NCBI RefSeq assembly: GCF_037042905.1
Contig: NC_087252.1
Location: forward strand, 868,001 to 932,000
Direction: 5' to 3'
From: Lytechinus pictus
Taxonomy: Eukaryota
DNA: 64,000 nucleotides
Shown here: piece after piece, positions 60,948-64,000 of the stretch
Position numbering within the stretch: the first letter of the stretch is position 1
Layout of the letters: each line of letters begins with the position of its first letter
Position numbers and translations under genes: made by a program
Notes under the pieces: generated by a model
Told to the model about the DNA's origin: nothing
Databases searched by the model: none
What the model saw: only the letters and a program-made list of their open reading frames with translations

Positions 60948-61438
60948 ATTGCACTTTGGTATGTATTGCCTCAAGAGTTAGGATGTGTTCACGTTTACAT
61001 CTAGTATTGCACTTTGGTTTGTGTTGTCTGGAGTCTAAGGGTGTGTTCACATTTGCAGCTAGTATTGCACTGGTTCATGTTGTCTGGAGTGAAGGGGTGT
61101 GTTCATGTTTACAGTTTAATACTGAGTTAGTATTGCACTTTGGTTCGTGTTGTCTGGAGTGAAGGGGTGTGTTCATGTTTACAGTTTAATACTGAGTTAG
61201 TATTGCACTTTGGTTCGTGTTGTCTGGAGTGAAGGGGTGTGTTCATGTTTACAGTTTAATACTGAGTTAGTATTGCACTTTGGTTCGTGTTGTCTGGAGT
61301 GAAGGGGTGTGTTCATGTTTATAGTTACTGAGTTAGTACTGCACTTTGGTTTGTGTTGTTGAAGTCTAGGGGTGTGTTCACGTTTACAGCTAGTAATTGC
61401 ACTTTGGTTTATATTACCTTGGGGCTTGTGTTCACATT
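60948..61438. repeat. Minisatellite: 70-bp core units flanked by shorter degenerate units
   Basis: TGTCTGGAGTGAAGGGGTGTGTTCATGTTTA at 61081, 61151, 61221 and 61291. Confidence 0.92.
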
Positions 61439-61839
61439 TAAGTTTGTAGGGAGTTCAGTTTCATTCAACATGTTTCCAGGACTGAAAGAAGGCCTGTAGT
61501 CAAATCAGCATTGAGATCTCTGTTGCATTCAATAACGTCAGTGGTTCTGCATGGATTGACTTTCCAAAAATAAATCTTTTCAGTGTTTTTTGTTTACGTT
61601 TTGAAACATGTTTATTTTCTATAACTGAGGAACTGTCATTTGAACAAAACATTTAAAAGAATTTGATCTACGGAATTTTATTTGACTGTATATAGTGTAG
61701 GTATGTTTCATCCTTGGTAGACCCTGGAAAGTATTATCATTTTGATATACCTATCGCTGTTTTTAGAAATGGCAAAACATTTATGGGCCACTCTGGCACT
61801 GCTGTGTTTATTACAGTATTTCTTTATATTGGTTTTCAG

Positions 61840-62134
61840 CAGTGGCATACGTAGGGGGATGGGGGGGGGGGGGGTTACAGGTGTTCAGCCCCCCTTAAAT
61901 TTTGTTAATACCCCTCTCTAAAATGTTGAATACCTTTTTTATGCATGTCAAATCTGTGTTTGGGGAAAACACCCTAAAATTTATGGTGAAGACCTTTTTT
62001 TTTTGCTTGTCAAATTGTTGTTGGTTACGAAAGAAACGACTTTAAATTTGTGTCGAAGACCTTTTTTTTTATTTGGTTGTCATTTCTTTCACCTTGAACC
62101 CCCCCCCCCCTCAAAAGTCCTACATACGCCACTG
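61840..62134. mobile_element. hAT-like MITE
   Basis: CAGTGGCATACGTAGG ... CCTACATACGCCACTG, 8-bp TSD GTTTTCAG. Confidence 0.85.
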
Positions 62135-62540
62135 GTTTTCAGTGTAAGTCATCTCTGTCTGAATGGGGGGCTTCTAGACTTGTAATATTGAAATGCGTTG
62201 GGAACTTTAAAGCCTGGTAACAGGATAGAAGCAAACCCCTTTACACCAATAAGGATATTTGAATATTCCTGCAGGGTAGGGATGGTAAAGAAGTACAAAC
62301 ATCCTCAGAGTTCAATCAACTTTTACATTTTTTATTTAAAACTGCCATGGCTTTTACACTTTACAGCCCAGCAGTGGATGGTGAACCCAGTGGATAGGCA
62401 AAGCTTGGCGTTCTACTACTTGCTTCCATTTAATAAACCTCACTTTAATACATTTTGTACATTGATAGATCTAGATGAGGGGGTCAATAGTCCCATTACA
62501 ACAATTAAAACAACAGCACTTCTTGTTCATAGTTTTATAA

Positions 62541-63037
62541 AGGGGAAGTTCAACATGGCAAAAGTTTATTGGAAATTTTTTTTTTTTTAAAGAAAATAAT
62601 ATTGCAGAAGTTATGAGAAAAATCCATCAAAGAATTAAAAGTTATTAGAATTTCAATTATTCAATTTGTGACGTCCATATACAGTATGTGAGCAGCATTT
62701 CTACATAGTGGATGGTAAGAAAATCAATGAAACGTCATCTAAGAAAATTGAAAATGTTGTTTACTGTACGTTTTGTATACAGTATCAATAGACAAATCAT
62801 TTCACACCTGATCATACATAGAAAACAAAAATAAGTCAAAGGAACCATAAAAAATATAATTCATGCATTTTATATTACATAAGGAGCAGCTGCGCGTTTA
62901 TGACATCACAAATTCAAAACTTAGAATTCTAATAACTTTCTTAATTCCTAACGGATTTTCCTCAAATCTTTACCAATATTTTTTATCATTTTTCTGCTAT
63001 TTTTATGACAAACTTCTCTTCAGGGTGAACTTCCGCT
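62541..63037. mobile_element. Kolobok-like non-autonomous element
   Basis: ATAA|AGGGGAAGTTCAAC ... GTGAACTTCCGCT|TTAA, inverted AAGTTATTAGAATT / AATTCTAATAACTT. Confidence 0.65.
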
Positions 63038-63212
63038 TTAAATGTCTTGAGATGTTTTACCGGGGAAAGTTTCTATTGGTTTAAAAAAAAACCACAAGAG
63101 AATATGAAAGAGAAGCAAAACATTGATGATACATTACATCAAATTATAATATAATATAGGCATCTATCTACATGTACATGTAGAAATAATCTATTCCAAC
63201 TTTTTACAAGGC

Positions 63213-63428
63213 GTATTATTATTATGATAACCCTGGGTTTTGCTCGAGCTGCCTTTTAATAGCGTTCTTGCATTCAAGGAATTCATCCTGCCAGGTACCC
63301 ATTCACCTCACCTGGGTTGAGTGCAGCACAATGTGGGTAAATCTTTTGCTGAATTGAAACATGCCATGGTTGGGATTCGAACCCTAGTCCCTCAGATTGA
63401 AAGACGAGAATTGTAACCACTAGTCCAT
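63213..63428 (-). mobile_element. tRNA-derived SINE
   Basis: Plus strand reads GGTACCCATTCACCTCACCTGGG and GGGATTCGAACCC; same family as the copy at 36235. Confidence 0.8.
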
Positions 63429-64000
63429 ATGCATCATTTAGGCCTATATAGTGCTTGTAATAAAAATGTTTCGCAAACAATGAATGATGAAAAAATAAAT
63501 TATTTCATTAAACCAGATTTAATCCTCTCTACAAGCTTTCACTCTGCAAGAAGGTCCTTACTGCCATCAGCTGCACTGTAAAACCGCCTTCTTGCACTGA
63601 CCAGATATTTTGATAAATCACATAATCAAGCCCTCGTATTAAAGCCTATATAACTTCATTTCATCCTCCATCAATGGACCAATGATGCCTTTGACTTTTT
63701 GATTTATTCCACACGGACAAGAAACCCTGCAAAGTTATGAATATTCTATTGGAATTGTATCCCATCCTGACCCGCAGTGTAATCAACCTATCACGTGAGG
63801 AGCTGTAATCTGAGCCGTTCATGTGATGCCGCTGATGCATCTGATGTGCATTTTGATAGTTTCTGTCCATAAAGTTGCATTTTGTAGGCTCATGTGATGA
63901 TGAATAATGTATTTGTATTGCCATTATGAAATACTTGTAGGAAGTCTAAGGACGTTTCATATGATTTTTTTGTTATAATAGGATTAATGCCCTTGGGGCC

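Noticed and set aside
63661..63924. 87-aa minus-strand ORF near the window end
   Set aside because: No recognisable motif or convincing splice context.

Overview
Eukaryotic, AT-rich, intron- and repeat-dense DNA from an invertebrate; a sea urchin or other echinoderm is my inference from the SINE/MITE repertoire. (1) A young BEL/Pao LTR retrotransposon at 8795-17240 has two 1414-bp LTRs, a 5-bp TSD and a single 1723-aa gag-pol ORF with an apparent in-frame loss of the RT-thumb/RNase H N-terminus. It is nested in an 8-bp-TSD non-autonomous DNA transposon, which is itself nested in a palindromic MITE. (2) A complete five-coding-exon orphan nuclear receptor gene (19936-35363, +, 447 aa as reconstructed) has an atypical 9-residue D-box. 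(3) The terminal exon of a Ser/acidic, Thr-rich, RGD-containing protein lies at 2692-3014. (4) A Penelope-like remnant carries a minimal hammerhead ribozyme. (5) There are many MITEs (CAC-type, Harbinger-, hAT-, piggyBac-, Kolobok-, Sola2- and Tc1-like), tRNA-derived SINEs, a LINE 3' end, tandem repeats and a probable bidirectional promoter near 46.7-47.2 kb. The most striking observation is that the BEL element has no tRNA-type PBS. Instead, the 11 nt directly after the 5' LTR are perfectly complementary to the exon-exon junction formed by splicing a predicted intron inside the LTR, which suggests splicing-dependent self-priming of reverse transcription. All calls were made by eye, without database searches.
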